Shown in pieces: positions 38,269 through 48,472 of a DNA stretch of 64,000 bases. This DNA comes from a plasmid: the sequence record NZ_CP049260.1, one strand, 5' to 3'. A model generated the notes under the pieces. That model was not told the origin of the DNA, searched no databases, and saw nothing but the letters and a program-made list of their open reading frames with translations. The translations under genes and the position numbers were made by a program. Positions within the stretch are counted from its first letter, which is position 1, and the number at the start of each line of letters is the position of its first letter.

Positions 38269-38417
38269 AGCATCACACCAGTAAGGATTGAGGGCGCGAT
38301 TATAAGAAGGCCGGGTGGTTCAGCGCCTTGTCATGGGTCAAGCGCCGCCCCTGCGCATTATCAATGCGCCCTGTTTTTCGCTATGATGCGTACTGCTGTT
38401 TACCGCCGGAGGGCTTA

Positions 38418-38582
38418 TGCATTATCTGCTGGAACTGATTTCCGATCTTATTTTGTACTGGCCAACCCGTAATCCGCCGCCGGAGGGGAGAAACGCCATT
38501 CCTTCGCTCAAACACAAGCCGCTGTTTCGTATGCCCGAGGGCGATCCGCTGAAAAAAGACGAACAGCCCAAAGAGCACGAAT
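38418..38582 (+). CDS. Candidate small protein (54 aa), unknown function
   Basis: A GGAGGG ribosome-binding site lies 3 nt before the ATG. No recognisable family, so low confidence. Confidence 0.25.
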
Positions 38583-38705
38583 AATCGCCTGCGCCTACGC
38601 CGCTAATTATCCCCGAAAACCCCGTTATATCGGCCCATCGCTGCCGCCTGCGCAATGTTACGCTGCGTGATAATCCAGTCATTTTAATAATTTCACGGCA
38701 GGTGA

Positions 38706-41648
38706 TTGATGGCGCGTCACGTTTCCGGGCTGCTGAAAGCGGTCTGTTTCCTCTTTGTTTTTGCCGTGCTGTTTGCAGTGACGCTCTCCCCTGCCCGCGC
38801 GCTTTCCACCGCGTGCACGGCGCTGAACGCGGCAAGCCCGGTGAGTTCCGGCCTCAGCACGTACAACGCCAGCAGTTTCAGCGCAGATGAAACCCTCACC
38901 GTCTCGTTTACCGACAGTGGCGCGGGTACAGGCGGCCTGCCGATGAATGCGGATACCGTCATCATGCAATCCCGTGACTTCTCGCAGCATTATCTGGTGC
39001 ATTACAGCTCCGACGGTAATGCGGGGAGTTTCAGCACCACGCTGACCGGCGCACAGCTCACGGCGGGCGGACTCTGGTTAAAAGTCTCAACGGCCAACGG
39101 CTTTATCAGCCCGGTGACTATTTCCTGTACCGCGGCGGTCACGCTCTCCTCCGATGCCACGCTGAGCGGGCTCTCGTTTTCCGGCGGCGCGCTCTCGCCT
39201 GGCTTCTCAGCCAGCAACACCAGCTACCACGCGACGGTCGATTACGCGGTCTCCTCGGTGACGCTGACGCCAGTCACCACCCACGCCGCCGCCACCGTCA
39301 CCGTGAATGGCAACGTCGTGTCTTCCGGCTCCGCATCGCCCTCTGTCAACCTGAGCGTGGGTACCAATACCATCACGATCGTCGTGACCGCCGAAGATGG
39401 CACCACCAAAAACTACAGCGTTGTTATCCAGCGCAACGAGCAGACGCCCGTGGCGGGTAACGTCAGCGCGCAGGTGGCGTCCAACAGTCAGGATAACCCC
39501 ATTGCGCTCACGCTCTCCGGCGGTACCGCGACGGCGGTGAATCTGGTTAGCGCGCCGCAGCACGGCACGCTGATGATTTCCGGTACGACGGTTACGTACA
39601 CGCCGCTGGCCGGGTATAGCGGCAGCGACAGTTTTACCTACAACGCCAGTAACAGCGCGGGCACCTCGGCGAACGCCACAGCATCGCTGACCATTACCGC
39701 GCCCGCTGCCGTGACGATATCGCCCGCCAGCGGCGCACTCGCGCCTGCCACCGTGGGCAGCGCCTGGTCGCAGAACGTTTCCGTCACCGGCGGCACAGCG
39801 CCTTATACCTGGACAGCGCATGGCCTGCCGGCAGGTATCACGCACAACAGCGCGACCGGCGTGCTCTCCGGTACGCCCACCACGTCCGGCAGTTTCAGCA
39901 TTTCGCTGACCGCGCAGGATGCCAGCGGCGTTTCCGGTACCGTAACCTATACGCTGGTGGTATCGAACGGCGCACCGACTGCCGCCACGCTCGCGGTGAC
40001 GCCAGCGGCGGGCACGCTCCCCTCCGGCACCGTTGGCACAGCCTTATCGCAAACTTTCGCCGTCAGCGGCGGCGCAGCGCCGTATCGCTGGCAGCTGAGC
40101 GGCTCGCTACCCGCAGGGCTCACTTTCTCCGACGGCCTCCTGAAAGGCACGCCGGGCGTGGCAGGCGACAGCGCCTTTACGCTGTCAGTCACCGATGCGA
40201 ACGGCGCCACGGTTCACGCGGCCTACACGCTGCACATTAACGCCGCGGCGGCACAGGCGGTGGATCAGAGCGCGTCGCTCTCTGCCGGGCGCGTTACCCG
40301 CGTGTCGCTCACGCGCGGTGCCACCGGCGGCCCGTTCACCGGTGCGCGTCTGCTGACAGCTCCGGATAAACGCCAGGGCACGGCCAGCATCCAGCCGCAG
40401 GGTAGCGATTACGAACTGACATTTACCGCCGCGCCGCAGGCCAGTGGTACCGTTGTACTGCGCTATGTGCTGTTAAGTGCTTCGGGCATCACGCCGCCTG
40501 CGACCATTACGTTCTCCATCGCCTCACGCCCCGATCCGTCGAAAGACGCCAGCGTGACGGGCACCGTCAGCGCGCAATACCAGGCGGCGCAGAACTTCGC
40601 CCGCGCGCAAATCCGCAACTTTAACGATCGCCTTGAACAGCTGCACGGCAGCGAAGACGTACCGTCCAGTCTGAATGGCGTGCATTTCGCCCTGCCCACC
40701 TCGCCGGCGGAACGCGGGCTGGATACCGATCTCTGGAACGCCGCGCTTCAGCAGCAGGCGCAGCTGGATGCGCAGAACAGTCTGCCGCCCGCGCTGCCAT
40801 TTGGCACGCAGACGCCTGGCCAGCGGCTCTCTTACTGGACGGGCGGCTATGTCGATTTCGGGCGCGATAAAGACGCCACGATGCGCCTGAGCCATACGCT
40901 GGTGGGCGTCAGCACCGGCGTGGATTACCGCTTCACGCCCACCGTGACGGCAGGCGTGGGGATGGGGTTCGGGCGCGACGTCAGCGATATCGGCGACACC
41001 GGCACCCGCAGCAATGGCCGCTCACTGAGCACCGCGCTCTATGCGAGCTATCACCCGGACGCGGTTTTCGTCGACGGGCTGTTAGGTTACAGCCGCCTCG
41101 ATTTCGACAGCAAACGCCACGTGAGTGAAACAGATGTGTATGCGCGCGGCAGCCGCGCCGGCAGCCAGGTCTTTGGCGCGCTGACCTCCGGCTACGAATT
41201 CCGCCTGCCGCAGAGTCTCGTCTCGCCGTATGGCCGCGTGCAGGTTTCACAGACGCATCTGGAGAGCTACAGCGAATCGGACGCGGGCATGTATAACCTG
41301 GCGTTCGCGCCGCAGCGTTTTTCACAGGTGACGGGCAGCGCGGGCCTGCGCGCCGAACACCGTGTACCGGTAAGCTGGGGCGATTTTCGTCTGCAAAGCC
41401 GCGTGGAGTATTCACGCCTGATGAATGACACCGGCAGCGCGCGCGTCGGGTATGCCGATACCGGCAATGACACCTGGCGCATGTCGCTGTATGAGCAAAA
41501 CCGCCAGACGCTGGCGCTTGGCGTCGGGCTTGATATGGCGCTACCGAATGGCGTCACGCCTGGGCTTGCGTATCAGGGTACGCTGGGGCTGGATGACAGA
41601 GGTTCACGCGCCCAGACCATCATGGCGCGCATGAACGTGGCGTTTTAA
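38706..41648 (+). CDS. Autotransporter (type Va) adhesin with cadherin-like and bacterial Ig-like passenger repeats
   Basis: A signal peptide, then repeated 'GG.APYTWT..GLPAG.T..S.TGVLSGTPT' putative-Ig motifs and a cadherin-like beta-sandwich block (SDATLSGLSFSGGALSPGFSASNTSYHATVDY). The C-terminal roughly 300 aa have alternating hydrophobic beta-barrel character and end in ...MNVAF. Confidence 0.75.
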   Translation: MMARHVSGLLKAVCFLFVFAVLFAVTLSPARALSTACTALNAASPVSSGLSTYNASSFSADETLTVSFTDSGAGTGGLPMNADTVIMQSRDFSQHYLVHYSSDGNAGSFSTTLTGAQLTAGGLWLKVSTANGFISPVTISCTAAVTLSSDATLSGLSFSGGALSPGFSASNTSYHATVDYAVSSVTLTPVTTHAAATVTVNGNVVSSGSASPSVNLSVGTNTITIVVTAEDGTTKNYSVVIQRNEQTPVAGNVSAQVASNSQDNPIALTLSGGTATAVNLVSAPQHGTLMISGTTVTYTPLAGYSGSDSFTYNASNSAGTSANATASLTITAPAAVTISPASGALAPATVGSAWSQNVSVTGGTAPYTWTAHGLPAGITHNSATGVLSGTPTTSGSFSISLTAQDASGVSGTVTYTLVVSNGAPTAATLAVTPAAGTLPSGTVGTALSQTFAVSGGAAPYRWQLSGSLPAGLTFSDGLLKGTPGVAGDSAFTLSVTDANGATVHAAYTLHINAAAAQAVDQSASLSAGRVTRVSLTRGATGGPFTGARLLTAPDKRQGTASIQPQGSDYELTFTAAPQASGTVVLRYVLLSASGITPPATITFSIASRPDPSKDASVTGTVSAQYQAAQNFARAQIRNFNDRLEQLHGSEDVPSSLNGVHFALPTSPAERGLDTDLWNAALQQQAQLDAQNSLPPALPFGTQTPGQRLSYWTGGYVDFGRDKDATMRLSHTLVGVSTGVDYRFTPTVTAGVGMGFGRDVSDIGDTGTRSNGRSLSTALYASYHPDAVFVDGLLGYSRLDFDSKRHVSETDVYARGSRAGSQVFGALTSGYEFRLPQSLVSPYGRVQVSQTHLESYSESDAGMYNLAFAPQRFSQVTGSAGLRAEHRVPVSWGDFRLQSRVEYSRLMNDTGSARVGYADTGNDTWRMSLYEQNRQTLALGVGLDMALPNGVTPGLAYQGTLGLDDRGSRAQTIMARMNVAF

Positions 41649-41654
41649 TCTGCC

Positions 41655-41700
41655 ATAAAAAAACGGCGCAGGAGGCAGCCCCTGCGCCGTTGGTTTTTAT
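41655..41700. terminator. Bidirectional rho-independent terminator between the autotransporter gene and treX
   Basis: A CGGCGCAGG-aggcagcc-CCTGCGCCG hairpin flanked by an A7 run and TTGGTTTTTAT. Confidence 0.6.
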
Positions 41701-41710
41701 GGCATCGCCA

Positions 41711-43786
41711 TTACGGACGTCTGAACAGCGCGATGCTGCGCCCTTCGAGCTCGAAATCCTTCTCTTTGGTGATAACCAGCCCGTGATTCGCGGTGTCGGA
41801 GGTGGTCAGCTCCAGCACCCAGCCGCCTTCGCCAAACTGCGGAATGCGGAACGGCACGTTGCCTTCAAACGGGTTGAACAGCATCAGCACGTCGTGCCAG
41901 ATACCTTCTTCGGTTTCCAGATCGGGCCTGCCGATGTACACCCCGAGCGTCGAGCCTTCGTCCCACTGCTCCGGTTGCTGATAGCCACCGCCCGCGTTGA
42001 ACCACTCGATAACCATCCCGTCGCGCCAGTTTTCACGGCGCAGCAGCGGCTGTTCGGCGCGCAGCTTAATCACCTTACGGGTAAATTCGCGCAGCGCCTC
42101 GGCACTTTCCGGCAGGTTCTCCCAGTGCACCCAGGAAATTTCGCTGTCCTGGCAGTAGCCGTTGTTATTCCCCATCTGGCTGCGGCCAAACTCGTCACCC
42201 GCCAGCAGCATCGGCGTACCGTGGGAGAACAACAACGTGGCGAGGAAGTTACGTTTCTGGCGCTCACGCACCGCGTTGATGCCTTCATCGTCCGTCGGGC
42301 CTTCCGCGCCGTAGTTATAGGAGCGGTTATCGTTATGGCCGTCGTTGTTGTCTTCCCCGTTATCCTCATTGTGCTTCTCGTTGTACGACACCAGGTCGTT
42401 GAGCGTGAAGCCGTCATGGGCGGTAATAAAGTTGACGCTCGCCCACGGACGGCGGCCACGCTGATCGTAGAGATCGCCGGAGCCCAGCAGGCGCGCCGCG
42501 AAATCAGTCGAGACGTTATCGCCCTTCCAGTATTCACGCACCGTATCGCGGTATTTGTCGTTCCACTCCGCCCAGCCCGGCGGGAAGCCGCCCACCTGGT
42601 AACCGCCGGGGCCGATGTCCCACGGCTCGCCAATCAGCTTCACTTTCGAGAGCACCGGATCCTGCATGATGGCGTCAAAGAAGCCGCCGCGCTGGTCAAA
42701 TCCTTCCGGTTCGCGGCCAAGAATGGTGCCGAGATCGAAACGGAAACCGTCGATATGCATCGATTCCGCCCAGTAACGCAGCGAATCCATCACCATCTGC
42801 AGCACGCGCGGGTGCGACGTATTCACCGTATTGCCGGTGCCGGTATCATTGATGTAATAGCGGTGCTGATCGGGCAGCGTGCGGTAATAAGAGAAGTTAT
42901 CGATGCCCTTGAACGAGAGCGTCGGGCCAAGCTCGTTGCCTTCGGCGGTGTGGTTATAGACCACATCCAGGATCACCTCGATACCGGCGTCATGGTAGGC
43001 GCGCACCATATCGCGAAAACCCTGAATGCCGCGCGGGCCGAAATAGCGCGAGGCGGGCGCGAAGAAGCCGAGCGAATTGTAGCCCCAGAAGTTTTTCAGC
43101 CCCTTGTCCAGCAGATGCTGATCGTCCGGGAACCAGTGCACCGGCAGCAGTTCAACAGAGGTAATGCCCAGGCTCTTGATGTAATCCACCGTCGCCTTAT
43201 GCCCCATGCCGTCGTAGGTGCCGCGCAGCTCCGGCGGCACCGCCGGGTTGAGCTGCGTGAAGCCTTTAACATGCGTTTCATACACCACCGCGTGTGGCCA
43301 GGCGATGGAGGGCCGGTTCTGATCCTGCCAGTCAAATTCGTTCGGATCGATGACGCGACACTTCGGCATATACGGCGCGCTGTCGCGCTCATCGAAGGTA
43401 AGGTCTTTATCTTCGTGCAGCAGGTCGTAGGCAAAATGCGCCTCGTTCCATTCGATATTGCCGACCAGATCGCGTGCGTACGGGTCGACCAGCAGCTTGT
43501 TCGGGTTAAAGCGATGACCGTTTTCCGGATCGTACGGCCCGTGTACGCGGTAGCCATACAGCGCGCCAGGTTGCAGGCCTGGCACATAGCCGTGCCAGAC
43601 TTCATGCGTATATTCCGGCAGCGTCAGACGAGCGATTTCATTTTTGCCGCTCGGATCGTAGAGACACAGCTCCACGCGCTCGGCGTGTGCAGAGAAAATG
43701 GCGAAGTTCACCCCCTCGCCGTCGTAATTTGCGCCGAGGGGATAACTGCATCCCGCCGTGATTTCAAAAGCCTTACCGTTTGACAT
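41711..43786 (-). CDS. treX: Glycogen debranching enzyme TreX/GlgX (GH13 isoamylase)
   Basis: It is highly similar to E. coli GlgX throughout, including HAERVELC, GYRVHGP, NHTAEGNELGP, FRFDLG and EPWD. The likely start is the ATG at 43786, preceded by a GGAGGGAGAGGGAG ribosome-binding site. The gene sits downstream of treY and treZ. Confidence 0.85.
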   Translation of the reverse strand: MSNGKAFEITAGCSYPLGANYDGEGVNFAIFSAHAERVELCLYDPSGKNEIARLTLPEYTHEVWHGYVPGLQPGALYGYRVHGPYDPENGHRFNPNKLLVDPYARDLVGNIEWNEAHFAYDLLHEDKDLTFDERDSAPYMPKCRVIDPNEFDWQDQNRPSIAWPHAVVYETHVKGFTQLNPAVPPELRGTYDGMGHKATVDYIKSLGITSVELLPVHWFPDDQHLLDKGLKNFWGYNSLGFFAPASRYFGPRGIQGFRDMVRAYHDAGIEVILDVVYNHTAEGNELGPTLSFKGIDNFSYYRTLPDQHRYYINDTGTGNTVNTSHPRVLQMVMDSLRYWAESMHIDGFRFDLGTILGREPEGFDQRGGFFDAIMQDPVLSKVKLIGEPWDIGPGGYQVGGFPPGWAEWNDKYRDTVREYWKGDNVSTDFAARLLGSGDLYDQRGRRPWASVNFITAHDGFTLNDLVSYNEKHNEDNGEDNNDGHNDNRSYNYGAEGPTDDEGINAVRERQKRNFLATLLFSHGTPMLLAGDEFGRSQMGNNNGYCQDSEISWVHWENLPESAEALREFTRKVIKLRAEQPLLRRENWRDGMVIEWFNAGGGYQQPEQWDEGSTLGVYIGRPDLETEEGIWHDVLMLFNPFEGNVPFRIPQFGEGGWVLELTTSDTANHGLVITKEKDFELEGRSIALFRRP

Positions 43787-43854
43787 ATCTCCCTCTCCCT
43801 CCGGACCATAAATGTTCAGGACTACCACGATTCATGATGTTTATTTGCATGGAA

Positions 43855-46386
43855 TCAGTCGGTTATGAGTATCACGGACGAGCAGCCGTCGGCTGTCTCC
43901 AGGTTTATCCGATCGGCGAGCGTTACCGTCTCGCCGGTCAGCACGTTGCGCCAGCGTCGCTGCGCGAGCGTCGCTGGCAGCACGATGTGGGTGTCGTGCC
44001 AGCCTGCACGGGCCGGTAGCGACGCGCTTTCATAAAGCGCGGTAAACATCAGCCGCGGCGCTATCACGATGATGGCGTCATCGCCGTGCGTGCGGGCGTA
44101 AGCAATCACGTTACTGTCGAACTCGCCTTCGGTGTGAAGCGGCAGATAGTCGCCGTGGCGGAACAGCGCTGGATTCTGCTGGCGCAGGTGCAGCACGCGG
44201 GCGATCAGGTGCTGCTTAAGCCGCCCGCTGATCCAGTCCTGCGAGGTGGCAGCAAGATTCGCCTGCGGCGCCAGCATGCTGTCGAGCGCGATAAAATCCG
44301 GCTCGCGGCGGTTATCCGGGTCCACCAGGCTGAAGTTGAGCGCTTCGCTGCCCTGGTAGATATCCGGCACGCCAGGCGCGGTCAGTTTAAGCGCCGTTTG
44401 AGTCAGGCTGTTGACCAGGCCCGCGCGGATAAATGGCTGCAATGCTTCGTGGAAATCCTTCAGGAAATCCTGATTATCCGGCGAGAGCATATGGCGTGCG
44501 TAATCCAGCACCGCTTTTTCATAGGCGTCGTTGGTGTCCGCCCAGTCGGTGCGCAGCTTCGCTTCACGCAGCGCCTTTTCCACAAAGCCCAGGAAGCGTT
44601 CTTCCAGCGCCTTCAGGCCCTCGGCGTCATCCGGCTTCAGCGTGGCGGGCCAGACGCCCGCCAGCGCCTGATAGAGCATCCAGGTATCGGCGCCCTTCGG
44701 CGCGGTGCCGTCATTAAGGAACACCACTTTTGTCTGGTTGAGCTGACGCCAGCGCGCGACGCATTCGGCATAAAACAGCGGCGCTTCGGTGAGCACATAG
44801 AGCCTGGCGCGGGCGTCTTCGCCGCGTTTGGTGTCATGCGTCGACGTGCTGGTAAGCGCGTCCGGCTGATGTTGCAGACGCAGCTTCATCTCTTTATGAA
44901 AGCGATCTGCTGAGTAGGTGCGCGGCAGCGGTTCAGCCCCCACTTCATTGAGCGCAAGCTGCATGTTCTGGCGGAAAAACAGCGTGTCTTCCACCGATTT
45001 GGCCATCAGCGGGCCGGTAAGTTGCTGAAAACGGGTGCGGAACGTGGCGGCGTCGGCGAGTGAGCCGCCGGAGAGGTTGCCAGCCAGCACATCAGCGAGA
45101 AACCCGAGCGCCTGCGCATCCGGCGCGTGCTCGCTGGCCTGCACTTTCGCGACCACTTTCTGCAGCAGCGCGCTGTCGGCGGGCGTCAGCCCCTGCGCGG
45201 TGCCGTAGGTGCGATACACCGGGAAGGCCACCAGCAGCTCACGCAGCGCGCCGCGAAGCACCGGCTCTTCCAGCGTCACGCCTTCCTGCTGTGCAATGCG
45301 GGTTGCGAGCCGCAGCAGCGTGGTGAATTCACCTTCAAAATTCCGGTCGGCCATCAGCAGCTTGGCGTCACGCAGTTCGGCAGACATATCCACTTCCTGG
45401 CCAACCACGTCGTGATACGCCTTGCTGAGGTCGTCGAGCTTCGCGTCATCCACCAGCACATCCGAGAGCGCGGCGATAAATTCATAGCCGGTGGTGCCGG
45501 AAATCGGCCAGTCGTCGGGGATCTGCTCGCCCTTGCCGAGAATTTTTTCGACGGTGATGTAGCAATCCGGCCCGGCTTTTTCGCGCAGCCGCTCCAGATA
45601 CGCTTTCGGATCGGCAAGGCCGTCGACGTGATCCACCCGCAGGCCATCCACCGCGCCGGCGTGCACCAGTTCGAGGATCAGCCGGTGGCTGTCGTCAAAC
45701 ACGGCGTCATCTTCAACGCGCACGCCCGCAAGCCCGGTTATCTCAAAAAAGCGGCGGTAGGAGAGCGAGCGCGGCGCGTCACGCCAGGAAATTAACTGGT
45801 ACGGCTGGCGGTCATGCAGCTCAGCAATCGCCTGTTTATCAGTAATGGCCAGCACGTCCGCCTCACGCCCCTGCCAGGTCTCCGGGTTGAGCGGATAGTA
45901 GCTGTCGTAATAGGCGAGCGCGGGTTTGCCGGTTTTCGGATCGGCCTTAATACTGATTTCGCCGTTCTCCAGCACGTTCTCAAACGTGTCGCCCAGGAAC
46001 GGCAGCGTCAGGCGGCGCGTCCAGTCGATATCGAAATGGCGGGCGTAACGGCTTTTTTCGCCGTGTTCAATCACATCGCGCCACCAGGGGTTTTCCAGCG
46101 ACGCCGCCATATGGTTGGGCACGATATCGAGGATCAGCCCCAGCCCGGCGGCTTTGAGCGCCTGCACCATGCGGTCAAAGCCCTCGCGCCCGCCGATGGA
46201 CGGCTCGATTTCATTAGCGTCGGTCACGTCATAACCGTGGGTGGAGCCGGTGGTCGCGGTAAACACCGGCGACGCGTACAGATGGCTGATGCCAAGCCGC
46301 TTCAGATAAGGCACCAGGCCCGCCGCGCGGTCAAACGTCATACCGTTGCGAAACTGAATACGGTACGTTGAAGAAGGAATACTCAT
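43855..46386 (-). CDS. treY: Malto-oligosyltrehalose synthase TreY
   Basis: An 843-aa GH13 protein. Its N-terminus MSIPSSTYRIQFRNGMTFD...LGISHLYASP...LDIVPNHMA is characteristic of TreY. Confidence 0.85.
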   Translation of the reverse strand: MSIPSSTYRIQFRNGMTFDRAAGLVPYLKRLGISHLYASPVFTATTGSTHGYDVTDANEIEPSIGGREGFDRMVQALKAAGLGLILDIVPNHMAASLENPWWRDVIEHGEKSRYARHFDIDWTRRLTLPFLGDTFENVLENGEISIKADPKTGKPALAYYDSYYPLNPETWQGREADVLAITDKQAIAELHDRQPYQLISWRDAPRSLSYRRFFEITGLAGVRVEDDAVFDDSHRLILELVHAGAVDGLRVDHVDGLADPKAYLERLREKAGPDCYITVEKILGKGEQIPDDWPISGTTGYEFIAALSDVLVDDAKLDDLSKAYHDVVGQEVDMSAELRDAKLLMADRNFEGEFTTLLRLATRIAQQEGVTLEEPVLRGALRELLVAFPVYRTYGTAQGLTPADSALLQKVVAKVQASEHAPDAQALGFLADVLAGNLSGGSLADAATFRTRFQQLTGPLMAKSVEDTLFFRQNMQLALNEVGAEPLPRTYSADRFHKEMKLRLQHQPDALTSTSTHDTKRGEDARARLYVLTEAPLFYAECVARWRQLNQTKVVFLNDGTAPKGADTWMLYQALAGVWPATLKPDDAEGLKALEERFLGFVEKALREAKLRTDWADTNDAYEKAVLDYARHMLSPDNQDFLKDFHEALQPFIRAGLVNSLTQTALKLTAPGVPDIYQGSEALNFSLVDPDNRREPDFIALDSMLAPQANLAATSQDWISGRLKQHLIARVLHLRQQNPALFRHGDYLPLHTEGEFDSNVIAYARTHGDDAIIVIAPRLMFTALYESASLPARAGWHDTHIVLPATLAQRRWRNVLTGETVTLADRINLETADGCSSVILITD

Positions 46387-48167
46387 TGCGCGTCTCCTTT
46401 CGCCAGGCGAACGTGAATGCTGTTAGCAGGCAGTTCGTCGCCTGCCTGCGGCCAGGCGAACAGCGTATCGCCCGGCATTTCCGGCAGCGGCAGCGGGCGC
46501 TCGCCGATATTCAGCGCCAGCGACAGCGTGCCTTTCGGGAAGGTCCAGCTCACCGCCACGAAGCCCGGCGCGGTGTCGATAACGCGCCCGCTGTGGCCGC
46601 CCGCTGTGGCCAGCAGCGGCACGATATGCGCACGGCGAAGCGCCAGCAGCTCGCGGGTGAGCGCAAGCCACGCCCTCCCCTCTTCGCTTTCCGGCTTCTG
46701 CCAGTCGAGTTTCGACATCTCAAAGGTTTGCTGCGCGTTCGGATCCGGCACGCTGTCGCCGTCCCAGTCGCCGTGGCCTTCAAATTCACACGCGCGGCCT
46801 TCGCGCACGGCTTTTGCGAGGTCGCCGTGAAAATCGGTAAAGAACAGGAACGGGTTGGTTTCGCCGTACTCTTCGCCCATAAACAGCAGCGGAATGTGCG
46901 GCGAGAGCAGCAGGGTGGCGAGCAGCACTTTGGTACGGTCGCTTCCCGCCAGCTCAATCAGGCGCTCGCCCCAGGCGCGGTTGCCGACCTGATCGTGGTT
47001 CTGGATAAAATCGACGAACGCGACCGGCGGCTGGCCGGTGCTGTCCACGCCGCGCGGCTCGCCGCTCTGTGGTGACACTTCGCCCTGGTAGGCAAAACCC
47101 TCCGTCAGTATGCGGGCGACGAGTTTTTCAGGCTGATCGGCGAAGTCTTGGTAATAGGCGTGCGTTTCGCCGGTGGCGAACACATGGATGGCGTTGTGAA
47201 AATCGTCGTTCCATTCGCCGGTAAACAGCGGCGCGCTGCCGTCCGGGTTGCGCGGGTGCAGGAAAATGACGTTGCGGCTGTCTTCGGTGGTGAGATGCGC
47301 CGGGCGGTCGGTGATTTCTGCACGGATGCGCTCGGCGATTTCAACCAGCGCATGTTTTGCTGAGGTGTCTTCAATCTGATCGATGGCGTCAAAACGCAGG
47401 CCGTCCAGGCGGTACTCTTTCAACCAGTAGAGCGGCGCTTCGACGATGTAACGGCGCACCGCATCGACGTCATAGGCGATGCCGTTGCCCCACGGCGTCA
47501 TGCGCTCTTTGTGGAAGAAATCGGGTGCCAGCAGCGGCAGATAGTTGCCTTCCGGGCCGAAGTGGTTGAGCACGATATCCAGCACCACGGAGAGCCCGTG
47601 GGCGTGGGCGGCGTCGATAAACGCTTTGAAATCGTCCGGCGTACCGTAGGCGGAATGCGGCGCGTAAAGCAGCACGCCGTCGTAACCCCAGCCGCGGTTA
47701 CCGCCGAACTGCGACACCGGCAGCACTTCCAGCATCGTGACGCCAAGCTGCGCCAGATACGGCAGCTTTTCAATCGCCGCGCGGAAGGTGCCTTCCGGCG
47801 TGAATGTGCCGATATGCATCTCATACACAACCGTCTCTTCCCACGGGCGGCCATGCCAGTCCGTGGTTTGCCACTGATACGCGGCGGGATCGACAACCAG
47901 CGACGGCCCGTTAACGTCCGCTTTCTGGGCGCGTGAAGCCGGGTCCGGCACGGTCATGCCGTCTTCCAGCACAAAACAGTATTCGGTTCCGGGTGCGACG
48001 CCCGGCACTTCCAGTTCAAACCAGCCATCGCCTGTCGGCGTCATGGGCAAATCCTGGCCCGCGAGGCGCAGCGTCACGCGCTTCTGTCCGGTCGCCCAGA
48101 GACGGAAGCGAGCGGCGCCGTCCGCCGCATATTCGCTACCCCAACTTTTCAGGAATGTTGACTCCAT
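46383..48167 (-). CDS. treZ: Malto-oligosyltrehalose trehalohydrolase TreZ
   Basis: A 594-aa GH13 protein with an N-terminal E-set domain (FRLWA...) and LDIVLNHFGPEGNYL. It overlaps treY by 4 nt. Confidence 0.85.
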   Translation of the reverse strand: MESTFLKSWGSEYAADGAARFRLWATGQKRVTLRLAGQDLPMTPTGDGWFELEVPGVAPGTEYCFVLEDGMTVPDPASRAQKADVNGPSLVVDPAAYQWQTTDWHGRPWEETVVYEMHIGTFTPEGTFRAAIEKLPYLAQLGVTMLEVLPVSQFGGNRGWGYDGVLLYAPHSAYGTPDDFKAFIDAAHAHGLSVVLDIVLNHFGPEGNYLPLLAPDFFHKERMTPWGNGIAYDVDAVRRYIVEAPLYWLKEYRLDGLRFDAIDQIEDTSAKHALVEIAERIRAEITDRPAHLTTEDSRNVIFLHPRNPDGSAPLFTGEWNDDFHNAIHVFATGETHAYYQDFADQPEKLVARILTEGFAYQGEVSPQSGEPRGVDSTGQPPVAFVDFIQNHDQVGNRAWGERLIELAGSDRTKVLLATLLLSPHIPLLFMGEEYGETNPFLFFTDFHGDLAKAVREGRACEFEGHGDWDGDSVPDPNAQQTFEMSKLDWQKPESEEGRAWLALTRELLALRRAHIVPLLATAGGHSGRVIDTAPGFVAVSWTFPKGTLSLALNIGERPLPLPEMPGDTLFAWPQAGDELPANSIHVRLAKGDAQ

Positions 48168-48472
48168 TCTGTTACCTCATTTAATCCAGAAGTGAGCAGT
48201 GGCGCGATCGCGCGATTTCCGCTCCTGTGGCGCGCCTCAGGAACGTGAATGTGAAAGCATGATCCGGGTGCCGCAGCGGGCCGGTAGCGCGCAGGCCGCC
48301 TGTGTGAAAGCGGTTTTCTGCCTGGGAGGTACAACGGATAACGGATTGTCCCGACCCTGGCGGCATACGTGAACAATCATAGACCATTACCGGAGAAGTG
48401 CCGGGACGCGCGGCGGGGCGCGTCAGAAGAAGAGGTATCCGCACCGCGTTCGAAACGGCGCAGGATGAGAGA

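Noticed and set aside
41690-43783. A 697-aa plus-strand ORF fully overlapping treX/glgX, plus 42070..42633 and 43096..43605
   Set aside because: It lies antisense to a confidently identified GH13 gene. Its composition is dominated by R, A and V from GC-rich codon complements, so it is an artefact.
46368-47075. Plus-strand ORFs opposite treZ and treY (for example 46368..47075, 44086..44913, 45127..45795)
   Set aside because: These are antisense shadow ORFs within well-supported trehalose-pathway genes.
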